DNA of 64,000 bases from Moniliella sp. 'wahieum'. Lineage: Eukaryota. Positions 24,935-38,272 of the stretch are shown here, piece after piece (position 1 is the first letter of the stretch; each line of letters begins with the position of its first letter). The stretch lies in contig RSEE01000076.1 of assembly GCA_003971905.1 (NCBI GenBank), positions 1 through 64,000 on the forward strand, read 5' to 3'. The position numbers were made by a program, and so were the translations under genes. The notes beneath the pieces are model-generated. The model made no database searches and was not told the DNA's origin. It saw only the letters and a program-made list of their open reading frames with translations.

Positions 24935-25366
24935 TTAAAGCGTCTGGGCCACCTCTGCGCGCTCTGCAGCCACACGGCGGATGTAGGTAGAGGAAACAAT
25001 GTTGAACGCCTCAAAGTAGCGCTCGAGGCAGCGGGAGAGACAGGTCTCCTCCTTGCTGCTGAGCGAGGTGGAAGGAGCAGTGACGCACTTGTCGTAGCAC
25101 TTGTGCCTAGAGCGCGCACAGGGGAACCGGTTAGCCAGCACAGATCGAAGGGCGGGCGACAAGGAGGGGGGGCAGAGGCGGCAGGGCGTGGCCAGACGAG
25201 GGAGAGGAAAGCGGACGTACGTGGCCTTTTCGATGAGTTCTTGGGCGTTGGCCATGGCAAGCTCGGCAGAGACCTGCGCCTTGATGGTCTCCTTCTGCTG
25301 GGCAGAAGAGGGCTTTGCGTCGCTGCTGGCGCTGCTGCTGCCGGTGAAGGATCCGAGGCTGACCAT
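24935..25366 (-). CDS. TIM13: Mitochondrial small Tim chaperone Tim13
   Basis: ELAMANAQELIEK, twin CX3C (CYDKC...CLSRC), RYFEAFNIVSSTY; in-frame intron 25107-25220. Confidence 0.92.
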   Translation of the reverse strand: MVSLGSFTGSSSASSDAKPSSAQQKETIKAQVSAELAMANAQELIEKATYVRFPLPRLATPCRLCPPSLSPALRSVLANRFPCARSRHKCYDKCVTAPSTSLSSKEETCLSRCLERYFEAFNIVSSTYIRRVAAERAEVAQTL

Positions 25367-25662
25367 GGCGGGCGAGTGGCAGGGGCGGTGGTGGAGGGAC
25401 AGAGGGACAGACGCAGGCAAGGGAGCGAGACTGGCTGCCGGTGGCCACTGGCCTCAGGCCTCATTAGAAGAACCCATCCTCCGTTCCGCCCATTCCGCCC
25501 TTCTGCCGCGTCTTCTTCTCTATGGCGTTGTGGGTGACTTGGATGATTTAAGCTGTGAAGTGGCTATAGCAGCAGATGTGTCTAGTTGGGCTGGCTTGTG
25601 CCGCCATTCAGCATTGCATGCGACCGGACAGGGCAAGCGATCGGAGAAAACTAGATGCGGAT

Positions 25663-27632
25663 CTACGCCTTCTTGCCCTCCTCGTATGCCTGCTCGTGAA
25701 TCTGCACCGCGCGGCCCGAGGGGTCGGCGGCACAGCCCCAGTCGCCGCGCGGCACCCAGCGCACCGCCGTCTTGGCCGCCGCCTGGGACGGGAAGTACGA
25801 TTCGAACACCTCGCGGATCCAGTACGCCTCCTTCGTGTCGGGAGTGTCCAGGCTCCAGCGCTCGGCGCGCTCGGCAAACTTGGCGTCCGACACGGCCTTG
25901 GCCGCATGCTCCTTCATCCCGTCAATCCACGAGTAGCCCACGCCGTCGGAGAACTGCTCCTTTTGCCGCCACAGAATCGAGTCGGGCAAGTAGGGCCGCG
26001 AGGCCGCGTCTCCCGTCTTGGCGTCCGTCTCGGGCGGCAGCGCAGACACATCAAATGCCTTGCGCAGCAGGTACTTCTCCATCTTGGGCTTGCCGTCGGC
26101 ATCCTTCTGCTGCAGCGAACCCTTGGAGAATTGCTTGTCTTCCGGACGAGTCGTCATGGCCACCTGGAGGAACTCCTTGTCCAAAAACGGCACACGTGCC
26201 TCCAGGCCCCACGCCATGGTCGACTTGTTGGCACGCAGACAGTCGGCCGTGTGCAGGTTCTTCACACGGCGCACCGTCTCGTGGTGGAACGAGGCGGCAT
26301 CGGGGGCAGCGTGGAAGTAGAGGTACCACCAAAGATCTCGTCCGATCCTTCACCCGAAAGCACCATCTTCACGCCCATCGCCTTGATCTTGCGCGAGAGA
26401 AGGTACATGGGTGTCGAGGCACGCACCGTCGTCACATCGTACGTCTCGAGGTGGTAGATCACATCCGAGATCGCATCCAGTCCCTCCTGCACAGTGAAGG
26501 TGTACTCGTGGTGCCGAGTGCCGAGGAACTCAGCCGCCTGACGAGCGGCAATCAAGTCAGGCGAGCCGGCAGACCAATGGAGAAGGAATGGAGCTGAGGC
26601 CAGGCGGCAATCGTCGATCCAGCCGGATCGTCGTCCTCCTCGTCGACACCGACAGCCATGTACTTCTTGGGATGCTCGACTGCCTCTTGACGCTGCTTCT
26701 TCGTCTCGTGCCGCTGACGCTTCATCTCTTCCCACTGGCGCTCAGCCAGCTTGTCCGTCTCGCGCGCGGCAATCGCGGCAATCAGCGACGAGTCCAGTCC
26801 ACCAGACAAGAGCACGCCGTAGGGCACCTCAGACATGAGGCGCTTCTTGACCGACTTCTCCAGCGTCTCCCGGATCAGTTTCAGGTCAGCAGGGGTGGTG
26901 GGCACCGGCGAGTCGTCACCATCCTCGTTGATCCACTGGGGTTGAAGTACTGCACCGTCCTCTCCCTTGGGACGGCTCGAGTCCCAAAAGTGACCGGGAG
27001 GGAAAGAACGCAAGCGGTCGCATTCCTTGTGGATCGCCTTGAGCTCCGAAGCAAAGTACACCGCTCGGGCGTCTTCCACGACCAGCCCTGGTAGAGGGTG
27101 GTGATGCCAATCGGGTCGCGCGCCGCAATGACACGGTGAGGCGAGTAAGAGCGGTCAACAAGGATAAAGCTAAACATGCCATCGAGCTTGGAGATAAAGT
27201 CGGTCGATCCGCCAGACTGCTGGTACATGTGCAAAATCACCTCGCAGTCCGAGTGAGTGGCAAACTCAGCGTCCGGGTTGGGTAGGTGACGACGCAGTTG
27301 CCGATGGTTGTAGATCTCTCCGTTGACCGCAAGGAATACCTTGCCGTCAGCCGACTCGAGCGGGGGCACCCGTGTCAACGCCAACAATGGCAAGACGCTC
27401 GTGGCACAAAATGTCGCCTTGCGAGCCCGACTTTTCCGGAATGACCTTGACGCCGCTCCAGTCGGGGCCACGGTGGCGCAGGAGGCGCGACATGGCAATC
27501 ATTTGGCCACGGGCCGAACGGCAGTCGGGGTTGAAGCACGAACCGAGAATTCCGCACTGGCCGGGTCGAAGGATGGGTAAGCATTGAGCTGGGCGCGTAG
27601 GGCGTGCAGGGTGGAGGGAGGGGACGTACCAT
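25663..27632 (-). CDS. ASN1: Asparagine synthetase (glutamine-hydrolysing)
   Basis: M|CGIL (ATG-only first coding exon, intron 27557-27629), [85 protein letters not shown]. Confidence 0.96.
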
Positions 27633-28786
27633 GATGGGATGATGCAAGTTATCAGAGGGGGCTGGGTCTGGGGGGGCTGGGGCTGGGTTGGCGCGGTGGC
27701 GAAGAGGCGGGAAGAACCAACTAGTCGCTCAAGGATGACGCGGAAGCGGAAAAGCGCAGCGCGGCGTCACGACAAGGGCGAGGTCGAAGGAGGCAGAGGG
27801 TGGGGGAGGAGAGAGAGGCGCGGCAGGCCCCGGGGGAGCTGGCTTTAAATCGGCCTGTCACCCCAGTCTGTCGGCAGGGCTGGCCCCCAGCCACAACAGT
27901 CATAAGCATAGGCCTCCCCAACGGAGATAATCGTGGCTGGAATAATCTCGAATCTTCCTAGTCGCCCCAGGGAGAGTGGCCGGCGGCCCATTGGAAACAC
28001 TGCCCCCGTGCCCAGTCCCGTGATACCAGGCAACCAGTAAATGTCCGCTCGGACCATTTCCAAATCCCATCGGTCCAGCCGTCCAGCCGCTGTGCCATGT
28101 CCCATCCCGGCATCCCCAGCCAAGCAACCCGGCATCATCCATTCCAGCCCATGCCATGCCCGCTGCCCAGCCACGGCGACCAGTGACTAGTGATGCCTCT
28201 GAGGAGCTGAGGTCTGAGTCTGCCTCAGGTAGGACACCCTACCTGCGGTAGGACCCGCCTCTAACGGCCCTTGGTATCAGTACTCCGCAGTCCAACCTCT
28301 CAGTACTGAACTCAGTTGCCCAGAAGCACTGACTGGACACGCCGTTTGAAATGCCCTTCTTACACCCAGTATGCCATACGCGCCAGGCTGTTGGTGACGC
28401 CTACTATGCAGATCGGCCCCTGCCGGTAATCTTTTTAGTGCCCGTCCATCTCCCGTTTACCGTTACCCCAGTGCGACGCTCGCTCCCGGTCGGTCCCGAT
28501 ACGCGATAGAACGGAGTCACACGCGTTCTAACTAGTTGCAGCGAGATACATAACGAATAACTTGAGCCAGTTCTGTTCTGGTGATCGATATTCTGGAAGT
28601 ATTGTGCGGGCGCAGCGCAGACAGAAGGTGAAAATGGATGGATCAAGCTTGAAGAGAAGAAAGGGCGGAACCCGCCGGACGGGAACGGAACCGGGGCGGA
28701 ATAATCCGGGAGCCCGTGCCCGTCCGTAAAGTATCTACACCCTGCCCATGTAGGCCAAAACTTGGACTACGTCGGATCTCCTAGTA

Positions 28787-29925
28787 ATGACCGCGCCTTG
28801 GTGGAACGCGATCCAAAATGATGAGTGTCAAGATGAGCCGCGGTATTACATGGCGTACCACTCGCCACTTGTTGGTCGGCCAGGTCATCAAACGACCCAG
28901 GCAGAGAGATGCCCGATATCTACAGTGCCTTTTTGGTTGCTGCCCGGCGAACAGCGTTCCGATAAGCCATGCTCCTATACATACCATTGCCCAGGACGGT
29001 GGCTTCTAGACCTCTGAATCCTTGCTCTCATTCCACCACGAGTGGATGGCCCATTTTCTCTTCAGGCGGCTGGCGCCCCACGAAGAGATAGAAGCAGGCT
29101 GAAGATGATGGGTAGCCGGAAGGGGCTTCTATCTCCCCGTCCTTTCCTTGGCTCATTGCAAGCGACAGCTCGGGAGCAGTCCAAGAGCGGTACCGGTCTG
29201 CACGGGCTCGTCGGCATGGCACCACACGGAAATTCCCTCTTCATGGTTGGCGAAGAAGATCATGTTTGTATAGTTGGTCCATTAAGATGGTTCCTTCAAT
29301 TGGCCACGCACAAGTCGTCCCCCGACAGTTTGAAAGGTCGCAACCTGCAGAAGATGCATTCCCCCCCTTTTTTTGTCCCTGGGCGGGTTAGCCGGCTGCG
29401 TACGCCACCTTTGTGGTCGAAGGTCGACCTGTACTATTTAGCCACAGCCAGATGCATTTCACACACTATTCTTCTTACCTCCCCGAGGATACGTACATGC
29501 AAAAAGGACGACGGTTCCTGGTATACCGTCGCAAAATGTCCGTATGCTACGGAGAGTTGGCAACGCACCCAGATGTAACCCCCCACTTTCTCTGTTCCTT
29601 CTCTATAATCCTCCCCCCATAATATCCGGTCTAAGCCACAGCCCTGGCCGCCTCCTAATAGCACCTGAGCCATGAGTTCTGATGCGATTGCTATACTCAC
29701 ACACACACACACACACACACACACCACACGGTCTCTCTCTTTTCACAGTTATTTTTCCCTTTCGTGTTTTAGATTTTCCCTCTCCCCTTTCGTTTGTCCT
29801 CTGATCCTACTGGGTCTACCGGTGCATTCTTTTCTTACCTTTTGGTTCTTTGCTCTTACTTGCATCGCCCGAACCTTACCCCAGCAATCCTGCGAACATC
29901 GCACGACCTCTATAATTAAGTGACA
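28787..29925 (+). mobile_element. Possible highly decayed Ty3/gypsy integrase-chromodomain relic followed by an LTR-like segment (29574-29925)
   Basis: YHSPLVGRPGHQTT resembles the gypsy integrase Zn-finger (HDSPxxGHPG); VVEG...HYSSYLPEDTY is weakly chromodomain-like; TGTAAC...GTGACA termini. No PPT or TSD seen. Confidence 0.3.
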
Positions 29926-30564
29926 GCGAGACTGTGATGCTCGCTTGTACAGCTCCCGAAGCTTGTAGCTCTTGCGAAGGTCGTTCCAATTTCCGATTAT
30001 GGCTCTCGTGTCTCATTTCGGTTGTCCCGCCCCCCTTTCGTTCCCTCCTTGCTATGCTTTTCCGATCCAATGTACTGCGCTTTTCTTTCCCACTAAGAAC
30101 AAGCCAACACATGTTGCGCATTTTGGCGGGGTTCGCACTCGCCCTAAATCAGTTCGTGGAGGGAAGAGCACTGCATGTGAACCAATCGATGCTAAAGCGC
30201 TGCGTGCCGTGCCCAAGTCCAAGTGACCAGCGTTGTAAAGAAGACACCTTTTATATTGAGAAAAGGGGAAATGTCGCGCACTAGATCCTATTTGGAGATG
30301 AGAAGTGGGGGATGGCCAAAAGGGTCTTGAGACCTGCTGTGCGACGTCATTAACGTGATTGGCCTCTTAGATCGGCTATACTATTACTGTCGTGGGTGGA
30401 AGATGCAGCAAGGCATAGCCGGATATATGAGAGTAGCCTGGTGTGGACAAGACGCGTCTCGCGTCTCGCGTCTCTGCCCCCATTCAAACTTTAAGTCTTG
30501 ACACATGGTATAGACCACGAAAGGCAGCGACGTGAGATCTGAGATCTGAGATCTGAGAGAGTTA

Positions 30565-30829
30565 TGTTAGAGGGTAGTGCTACGGTTCTCCTGCACGGCC
30601 CTCAATGGATCGATGGCGCTCGCCTGGTCGAGCGGAAGAGTTCCGCTCGCAGGCCGCGCACGCCCTGCTCGCTCCATCTCCCTTCTCTCTCCCACTTCTC
30701 CTTCCCTTCACACTTCATTAATCATTGCTTGAAGACTTGTGGGTCACCACTTTTCCGTCACACCTTGTCTGAAGGCTGCTTTGCAGCTGATCCATAGGAT
30801 CGCGAGTGCTCCCAAGTCGCACTCTAGCA
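30565..30829 (+). mobile_element. Solo LTR (family A, copy 1)
   Basis: TGTTAG...CTAGCA termini; 5-bp flanks agtta/ggtta (TSD with 1 mismatch); clearly homologous to 39309-39630. Confidence 0.75.
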
Positions 30830-32864
30830 GGTTAGGGGCAGGAAGGAGAAATAGAATAGGAGCCAGATTCTTAAGGAATTCTTCTTTTTCTGTGATACCG
30901 AATGGATAATTGATAGCGCGCGATGGCGACGCTCCAACGGAACGGCTTGCCAGGCAGACTAGGCATAATACACTCAGTGTATATTGGATTAGCGCTGAGG
31001 CTCAGCCGTGAGGCTCAGCCACCCTTCCCCTGCTCTGAGAATCTGAGCCCGTAGCAAGAAGCGGAAAACGGAGGAGAAGAAAAGAACAGGAAGAGGAAGG
31101 GAGGGAGGCCATCTCTTGGTACCTTTGTTTGGAACGCTTCGATGGTATATGACCTGGGTAACATGATACGCCCAACCGCGTCCCGTCGTCCCGTCGTCCC
31201 GGACACCGTGGGGCGTGTGACAGTGGGTGACGCGCGTGACGTGTGATGCATGATGGGCGTCGCCAGCATTGATCGAGAACATGCATCATGGACGAGAGCG
31301 GCAGGGCACCTGCCACATGCCACTCCGCCACAGTCGCAGTGTTACCCGAGCAGTGGCTTGCAGCACCCAAAACTGCCAATATAGGTGAGACGCAGCTGAG
31401 GCAGCCTGAGGCGTGGAGCGTGCAAGACGTGCTTTGTGGGTGTCACGGTCCTCTTAGCTAACCGGGTAATGATTCCCAAACCTCACCGATCTCACTACTC
31501 TTCTCGTCGATCTTGTCTCCTTTCGACCGCTTGGTACTTGTCTCACTCGTATCGCCCGACCCTTACACTGGGCGGATGAATGTAGCAGTGCATGGAGAAA
31601 CGCCCGAAGACAGGATACTGAATCCGGAATCCAGAATAGACATAATGGGCCCTCAGGCTGGTCTCAAGACATTCGTATCATTTCGATAACCGGCTGGACC
31701 TTGTTTTATTGACGCCGATGCATTATGACGTTGACGGTGGAGGTTGCAGTGTGGATGTAGACTGGGGTACAGGGATGCTGGTACCGGTATCCGGTAATCG
31801 AGAGTGACCTAGTGACTAGTGAGGGTGTCCCCGGTAGTGTATGGCCTGGCATGGCTCGGCGAGGCCGAAGAGAGGGACAGACAGAGAGGGCAGCCAGCAC
31901 TCCGCCTTCCAAAGAAGGCAGCACACCGCAGGCAGAGGGGCAGCCCAGGGGCGCAGGCTTGGCGCCTGCGTGCGTCGTGCCTTGCGTCGCACTGGAGCGC
32001 GCCGCACCAGGCCAGTCAGGCCAGCGCATCTGCCATTCGTCCGAAGTGGCGCAGCGGCTAGGGTGCGTTACCTGCGCGCTGTAACCCTGCCGGGCACGGC
32101 GACACTGCAGCGCTGCGGCTGGCTTGCTGCGGCGCTCGCGGGCGCTGCTGTGCTGCCCGGAGCCTCCGAGCGGAAGCGACGTGTGGCGCAGGGCGGCGCC
32201 GTGCCTGGCTCTCGAAGCGCCAGTCTGCATCCTGCACCCAGGGTCGGCTCCCGCCCGGTCGCAGTACTCACTGTCGGGAGCAGGACAGTGGCCTCTCGCC
32301 TCCGCAGGCGCACTGCCGCCCCCACTGCGGAACCCGCATGCATTTGGAATGCAGCAGTGCAGCCGCAGCGCTTCAAGCAGCGATGATTAATGATTCCAAT
32401 TCTCGAGGCTCGCGTGGCCACGCTGGACTGCGTCGTGCGCTGCCACGGCGGCTGTCTGCGCCCGTGTCTTGCGGCTGCGATCATCGGTCAGGCCCTGCAG
32501 GGTGTGTTTTGGTTTGGGCTGCGCCGTCAAATTTCAAAGCAGCCAGGCCAGGCCATCATGCATCATGCATCATGTATCCGCCGCAACAGCAGGCTTGGCT
32601 TGGCTTAGCGCTTAGCCCAGTATACCCGCTCCGATTAGAGTCCCTCCTGGGCCCTGGGCTGGGGCGCGGCGGAGGCCCCGCGTCGTGACGCCTCCCGCGC
32701 CCCCCGCCCATCGATCCACACCCTCTTCTACCCATCCTGCCCATCCCCAAGCGCACTCCCACCATCCCCATCGCCAGCACCACCGCCAGCATCACCGCCA
32801 GCACCCCCCCATCTATATCTTCTCACGCACATCCTCCGCATCATCCATCGCCGTCCCCACCAGC

Positions 32865-35127
32865 ATGTCCGCCCCCCCACCCAACGTGTCGAGCCGGGTG
32901 ATGAAGACGGGCGCACGCAACCGCCCATTTTCCAAGGTTGGTCTTACCCTCCCCCCCTCGTTGTGTGTCTTGACTGATTCCCTTTGCTCTGCACAGGACC
33001 TGCAGGACCTCTTTACCACACTCGTCGTCTCCCTACAGCTCATCACCCATCGGACCCTCTTCAAGAACTACCCTTACTCCTTCACCACCGACGAGGCGGT
33101 TGCCAACTTGAGTGCACTCAAGTTTGCCCAGTCCTCGCGCCAGCCCGATCCCAACGAGCCCAGTCGAGTCATCACCACCACTACCACTACCACCTTCACC
33201 ATGAATCGGGAGATTGCAAAGAGCATCTGCCAGCACTTTCTTGATGCACGCTTCATTGCCAATGCGGCCGACCCTTCGATGGACAGTTTCCGTGACAAGG
33301 GCATCTGGTGCCTCACTCTCAAGGGCTACTGTCTCCTCGAACGGTTTGTCTCGGTCAATGGCATTTCAGCCGATCACCTCGAGGCAGCCATGAAGGCCCA
33401 TCGTCCACCCATCCGCCTTATCTTTCTCGACCGTCGTGCTTCCGATGACGAGATCAACGTCCGTCTCCCACTTCTGGACTCTCTCTTTCGCCGCTTTGCT
33501 GGACAACAAGCCAATTACCCTTGCCGAGAAGCGCAGTATGGCACCCCAGTTTTCCCCCGAACACTTTGCTTCTGATGGGTCCAGTACCCGTTCCCTCCCG
33601 ATCCGGGCTTTGATCGATCGCGGGGAGTCGAGATGTCGGATGTGGTAGAACGGCTGAGGGGCGGAGATGTACGAGTGGTCCGGCACGCGTTTAATGCGAT
33701 TGGCGCAACCGAGTGGCTCATGGACTTCACCACTGTCTGTGGCCGTGACGAGGCGGCGGAGCTGTTGGCTCACTTTGAACGGCTGGACCTGATCAAGTTG
33801 GCTGTCGACAAGCCGCGGCCAGCGCGAGCGCGGTCGGATGCCCGAAACGAATCGGACAAGGTCACGGTACGTGGTGCCGATGTGGGTGGCATGATCACCG
33901 AGGGCGAGTTTCGGTGTCATTACAAGTCGGTTTATGCGCTAACGGACCGGGGCCGCGAAGTGGCTCGCTGGGAAGGTCATTACCGCCGCCCTTCCCCTCA
34001 AGCTACCTCGCACGCTGGTCCTCTGCCTGCCATCAAACGAACCATGCTGAATGCCGCTTCGCCCGACGAGCCGCGCTCTTCCGCCGACGAAGATACGGGT
34101 TCAACCCATTCCCTCGGCAGCCGCGGACACTTATCCGACATGTCTTCTCGTCTCGGATCCGGATCCCGGCCCGGCAGCTTTACCGAACGAGCCCAAGCGT
34201 CCGGGGCAAGTTCTGGTCCCACCACTGTCTCCCTACCACGCGACCAAGGCACACGCAACCGATTGCGCCAGATCCTGGCCGACCCCGTTCTGTGCCAACT
34301 GTTCCAAGACCACTTGCGCCGCAACTTTTGCGAAGAAAACTTATCGTTTTATCTGGATGTGCAGGACTTTAAACGTCGCTTCTCCACCACCTCTTCTGCT
34401 TCTGCCGTACGTCCCTCGACGGCCGAACGACAAGCGGACAAACCTACCTCATCCCGTGCCCCGCGATTCGTCCCTTCTAGCTGGTGGCAAAAATCAGCCC
34501 CCTCAGCCCCTCTGAACCTCACGAACCCGACCGAAGCGAGCGAGTGGATGAGCCGACGATGACTGCTATGGAACGGCACCACCTCGACTTGATCGTCATT
34601 GCCTTTCTCATCTTCAACACCTACCTTGCGCCCGGAGCGCCGGCCGAACTCAACCTTGAGCATTCGCTCCGCACCGAACTGTTGACCTACATGCAAAAAA
34701 CGGCACCGCAAGTGCTCGAGCGCTCGGCGCTCGATTTAGTGGACGAAAGCCCGCTCCACTTGCCGGGGCCACCGAGGGGGCAAGCATGACGTCGCTGGAG
34801 CTAAGTTTGTCGGGGGAAGAAGAGACGCGAATGGGGAAAAAAGTGCCGGTGCTCTCGCTCGAAGAACGAAAGAAACTTGTGTTGGCCCGAATGGGCTCGT
34901 CGGCACGACTGGTACATGCATCGCAGTTGCAAACCCTGCTGCACCTCTACTCGAAAATCCAAGACCACATTTTCCAGTTGATGGCCGCCGACTCGGTCCC
35001 GCGCTTTGCGCGCGACCCGGCCTTTCTCGCTATCATGGAAGCGGCCGCGCGCGAGTCGGATAGTCTCCCGCCTGGCATACACGAGTTGCTGGAACTGGAT
35101 GCGTTGCGGGACACTTTGCCTGTGTAA
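32865..35127 (+). CDS. Regulator of G-protein signalling, DEP-DEP-RGS (FlbA/Sst2 family)
   Basis: RPFSK|DLQDLFTTL, YPYSFTTDEAVANLSALKF, TTTTTTTFTMNREIAKSICQHFLDAR, EWLMDFT, LRQILADP..LFQDHLRRNFCEENLSFYLDV, IFNTYLAPGAPAELNL, FQLMAADSVPRF; intron 32937-32996. Confidence 0.92.
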
Positions 35128-35875
35128 CGAGTGTAACGAGGCGATGTGCGATGTGCGATGTGCGATCAAGAGTAAGAGTCGGGTTTGAGCTCACCGTACA
35201 GTGCCGCTGAGAACAGAATTGGACTACTTGGCTTAATTGGACAGTGTTGGCACCTTCCCTCTTTCCTCTTTCCTCCCCATTCCCTCTACTTTGGTTGTGG
35301 CACGGCCCGATTCCCGGATTCCCCTCTCGGCTTGAAGCAGTGTCCCCAGCAAGCCGTGCACCAGCATGCAGTGTGCCAATCTAATACCTGCCTTGGGCGA
35401 TCCCGTTCTTGGTTCTTTTCTCTACCCCACCCCCACGCCCTACCCCACCCCTTTGGCCCTATCCGTGCCTTTCATTCCCCCTTGTGCTTATTGCTCTGCT
35501 CGCGTTCACTCTGTATCGTTTCTCTAACCATTACCCCGTGAAATAAACTATCGCAACTGAGTTGTTATCCTTGCTCGTTGGCTGTAGCTCGTTGGCTGTT
35601 GCTCGATGGCATTGGCTTGCGTGTCATAGAAACCCACCGTAACAACATATACGGATTAACCTTAGCCCGGCGGGCTCGGGCCCGCCTCCCTCCCTCACCC
35701 ACCTGCCCCCAGCGCTTCTCCAGTGTCGGATTACTATGCCTCGTGTCCCTCTCGCCCGCGCTCGCCGCTCCAACAGTCCATTGATCCAGTAAACCAAAGA
35801 GAGCACCATTGGATTGTCCACCTGGCAGAGAAATTTATACCACCCAACCGGGGTGAGTGGGGTGAATGGTTAGTT

Positions 35876-36795
35876 TTACTGGTCGATGGAAGGGGCGGAT
35901 TCATCATCTTTCTTGGAAGATGCGGCTAGGATCTTGTCCTGCGTCTTGGTGGCAAAGTCATTGGGATCATGACGCTCATGCAACTGCTGATCGAGCGGTC
36001 CGGAAGTGTAATTGACGATCCGGCCGCGTTGAACTGCCGGGCGGGCTTGGATCCGTCGTGCCCACTCCAACACATGGGTGTACTTGTCCAGCTGTAAGAA
36101 GCGGTCGGTATCGGAATAAAAGCTCTGGCCTAGGATCAAGTTACCAAACCAGGGCCAAATGGCCATGTCGGCAATTGTGTACTCGGTTCCAGCCACGTAG
36201 GGTACATCCCCCAAGCGCCGGTCGAGCACACCGAACAGACGCTTGGTCTCCAAGGCAAAGCGGTTGATAGGGTACTCGTATTTGGTCGTGCAAAACGAGT
36301 AAAAGTGACCATGGTTGCCCAGACTGGGCGCACAGCCCATTTGCCAAAACAGCCAGTTGAGCGTTTCGGTCCGGCCACGTACGTCGGTGGGAAGGAAGGC
36401 ACCGTACTTGTCTGCCAGGTAGAGCAAGATAGATCCCGACTCGAACACGCGTACCGGGCCATCTTCCCCGCCGCGCTATAGTCCACCAGCACAGGGATCT
36501 TCGCATTCGGGTTGGCTGCGACGAAGCCCGTGCTGAACTGCTCGCCTTCCACCGCGTTGATCAGCCACGCATCGTAATTGTCCAACTTGCCCACCTCGAT
36601 CAACTCTTCCAGTAGGATGGGCACTTTCTGCCCGTTGGGCGAGATGCCAAGGTTGTACAGCTGCAACGGCATCGCGCCCCGTGGAAGCGGCGCTTCAAAC
36701 GTCGCTCCGGCCGTCGGGCGGTTGATGTTGGAAAAGGGCGCGTCGGCAGGAGGCTGCTTCCATACTTCGGGAGGAACGTAGGGGGAAGAGGCCAT
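35876..36795 (-). CDS. yghU: YghU-like glutathione-dependent disulfide oxidoreductase (Nu-class GST), copy 1; intronless
   Basis: YVPPEVW..FSNINRP, LQLYNLGISPNGQKV, YDAWLI, NPNAKIP, FESGSILLYLA, NWLFWQMG, YTIADMAIWPWFG, RPAVQRGRIVN, QLHERHD; one frameshift near 36470. Confidence 0.92.
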
Positions 36796-37367
36796 GGTCC
36801 ACTTGGTGAGGATGAGGGAGGCAGCAGTGCGCGGGCGGGGTGGGTGGGTAGCACTCACACAGCCAAGGTGGTGGTGGCAGGCACAAGGCCAAGCCAAAGA
36901 GGGCTGGTCAATGGCGGGGTTAATGGTAGTGTCTCCCCAGCGGAGCTAAGGCGGATTATCTGCGGGTCGCTGAGCCGATACCCCCGTGAGCCATATTAAT
37001 TGGAGCGGGGGCGGGCAGGTTTGGCCGTTCCCCCGGTCCACCTGGCCAACTGCGGGGAGGTTCTCGGTTCTGTTGGGGCTGGGTTCCTCGTTCCGCAGTC
37101 ACTGGTATGCCCACAGAGACCAACTAGTACGACGGCATGAGGCACGACTCTCAGGGACACCATGCCATCCTCCTCGTCCGTGCGGCCATCCACCACTTGG
37201 CAAGCGACTAAAAAGAGGCGGGAAGATGATGCTATATGCACGCCGGATTCCGAGCCTTTGGGGTGCAAGAACGAAACACGAAACAGAGATCCACACATGC
37301 ATTGGCGCTATACGAGGCATCAAACAGGTTAGGACTGACTTCTTGTCTCGATATGAAATCTGTTACG

Positions 37368-38272
37368 TTACGCTGCGTTGGCCGCTTGCACCTTATCCTG
37401 GGTTTTCGTCGCAAAGTCCGAAGGGTCGTGCCGTTCGCGCAACTGTCCCTCCAACGGACCTACATCTCGGTTGACCATGTGGCCGCGTTGGACCGCTGGG
37501 CGAGCGGCGATCCGCTTGGCCCATTCTTGTACATGCGGGTACTCGTTCACGGCCAAAAAGACCCCCGAATTGCCATACAGTTTGCCCAGGACCATCGCGC
37601 CAAACCAAGGCCAGATAGCCATGTCGGCAATGGTGTACTCGGTTCCAGCGACGTACGGCACGTGTGCCAAGCGGCGATCGAGCACGTCGAGCAACCGCTT
37701 AGCCTCCATGGAAAAGCGATTGATAGCATACTCGTGTTTGGTAGTGCAGAAATCATAAAAGTGACCAAAGTTGCCAAAGATGGGGCCAGTGCTCGCTTGC
37801 CAAAACAGCCAGTTGAGCGTCTCGGTGCGCCCACGCACGTCCGTCGGGATAAACCCGTTATACTTGTCTGCCAAGTAGAGCAAGATGGAACCCGACTCAA
37901 ACACGCGCAACCCTCGCCCTCGCCCTCGCTCTCGCTCTCGCCCTTGACTCCATAGTCCACCAACACAGGGATCTTCGAGTTGGGATTGGCCGCGACAAAG
38001 CCTGTGCTGAACTGGACCCCCTCGCGCACGTTGAGGTACCACGCATCGTAATTGTCAAGCTTGCCCGCGTCAATCAACTCTTCCAGCAGGATGGGCACTT
38101 TCTGCCCGTTGGGTGAGGTGCCCATGTTGTACAACTGCAGCTTGGTCGGGCCACGAGGGAGCTCGGCTTCGAATGTCGCCCCGGCAATGGGGCGATTGAT
38201 GTTAGAGTAGGGTGCGGGGATGTGGTCCCACTTCCATACCTTGGGGGGGACGTAGGGCGGAGTGGTGGCCAT
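37368..38272 (-). CDS. yghU: YghU-like GST, copy 2 (tandem paralog); intronless
   Basis: YVPPKVWKWD..NINRP, LQLYNMGTSPNGQKV, NPNSKIP, FESGSILLYLA, FGHFY, INRFSMEAKRLLDVLD, QLRERHDPSDF; a GE/SE microsatellite insertion and a frameshift near 37915-37945. Confidence 0.92.

Noticed and set aside
25101..26597. 498-aa plus-strand ORF and similar long antisense ORFs (e.g. 56528-57580, 41383-42369)
   Set aside because: Shadows of GC-rich or repetitive genes on the opposite strand; no domain signal.
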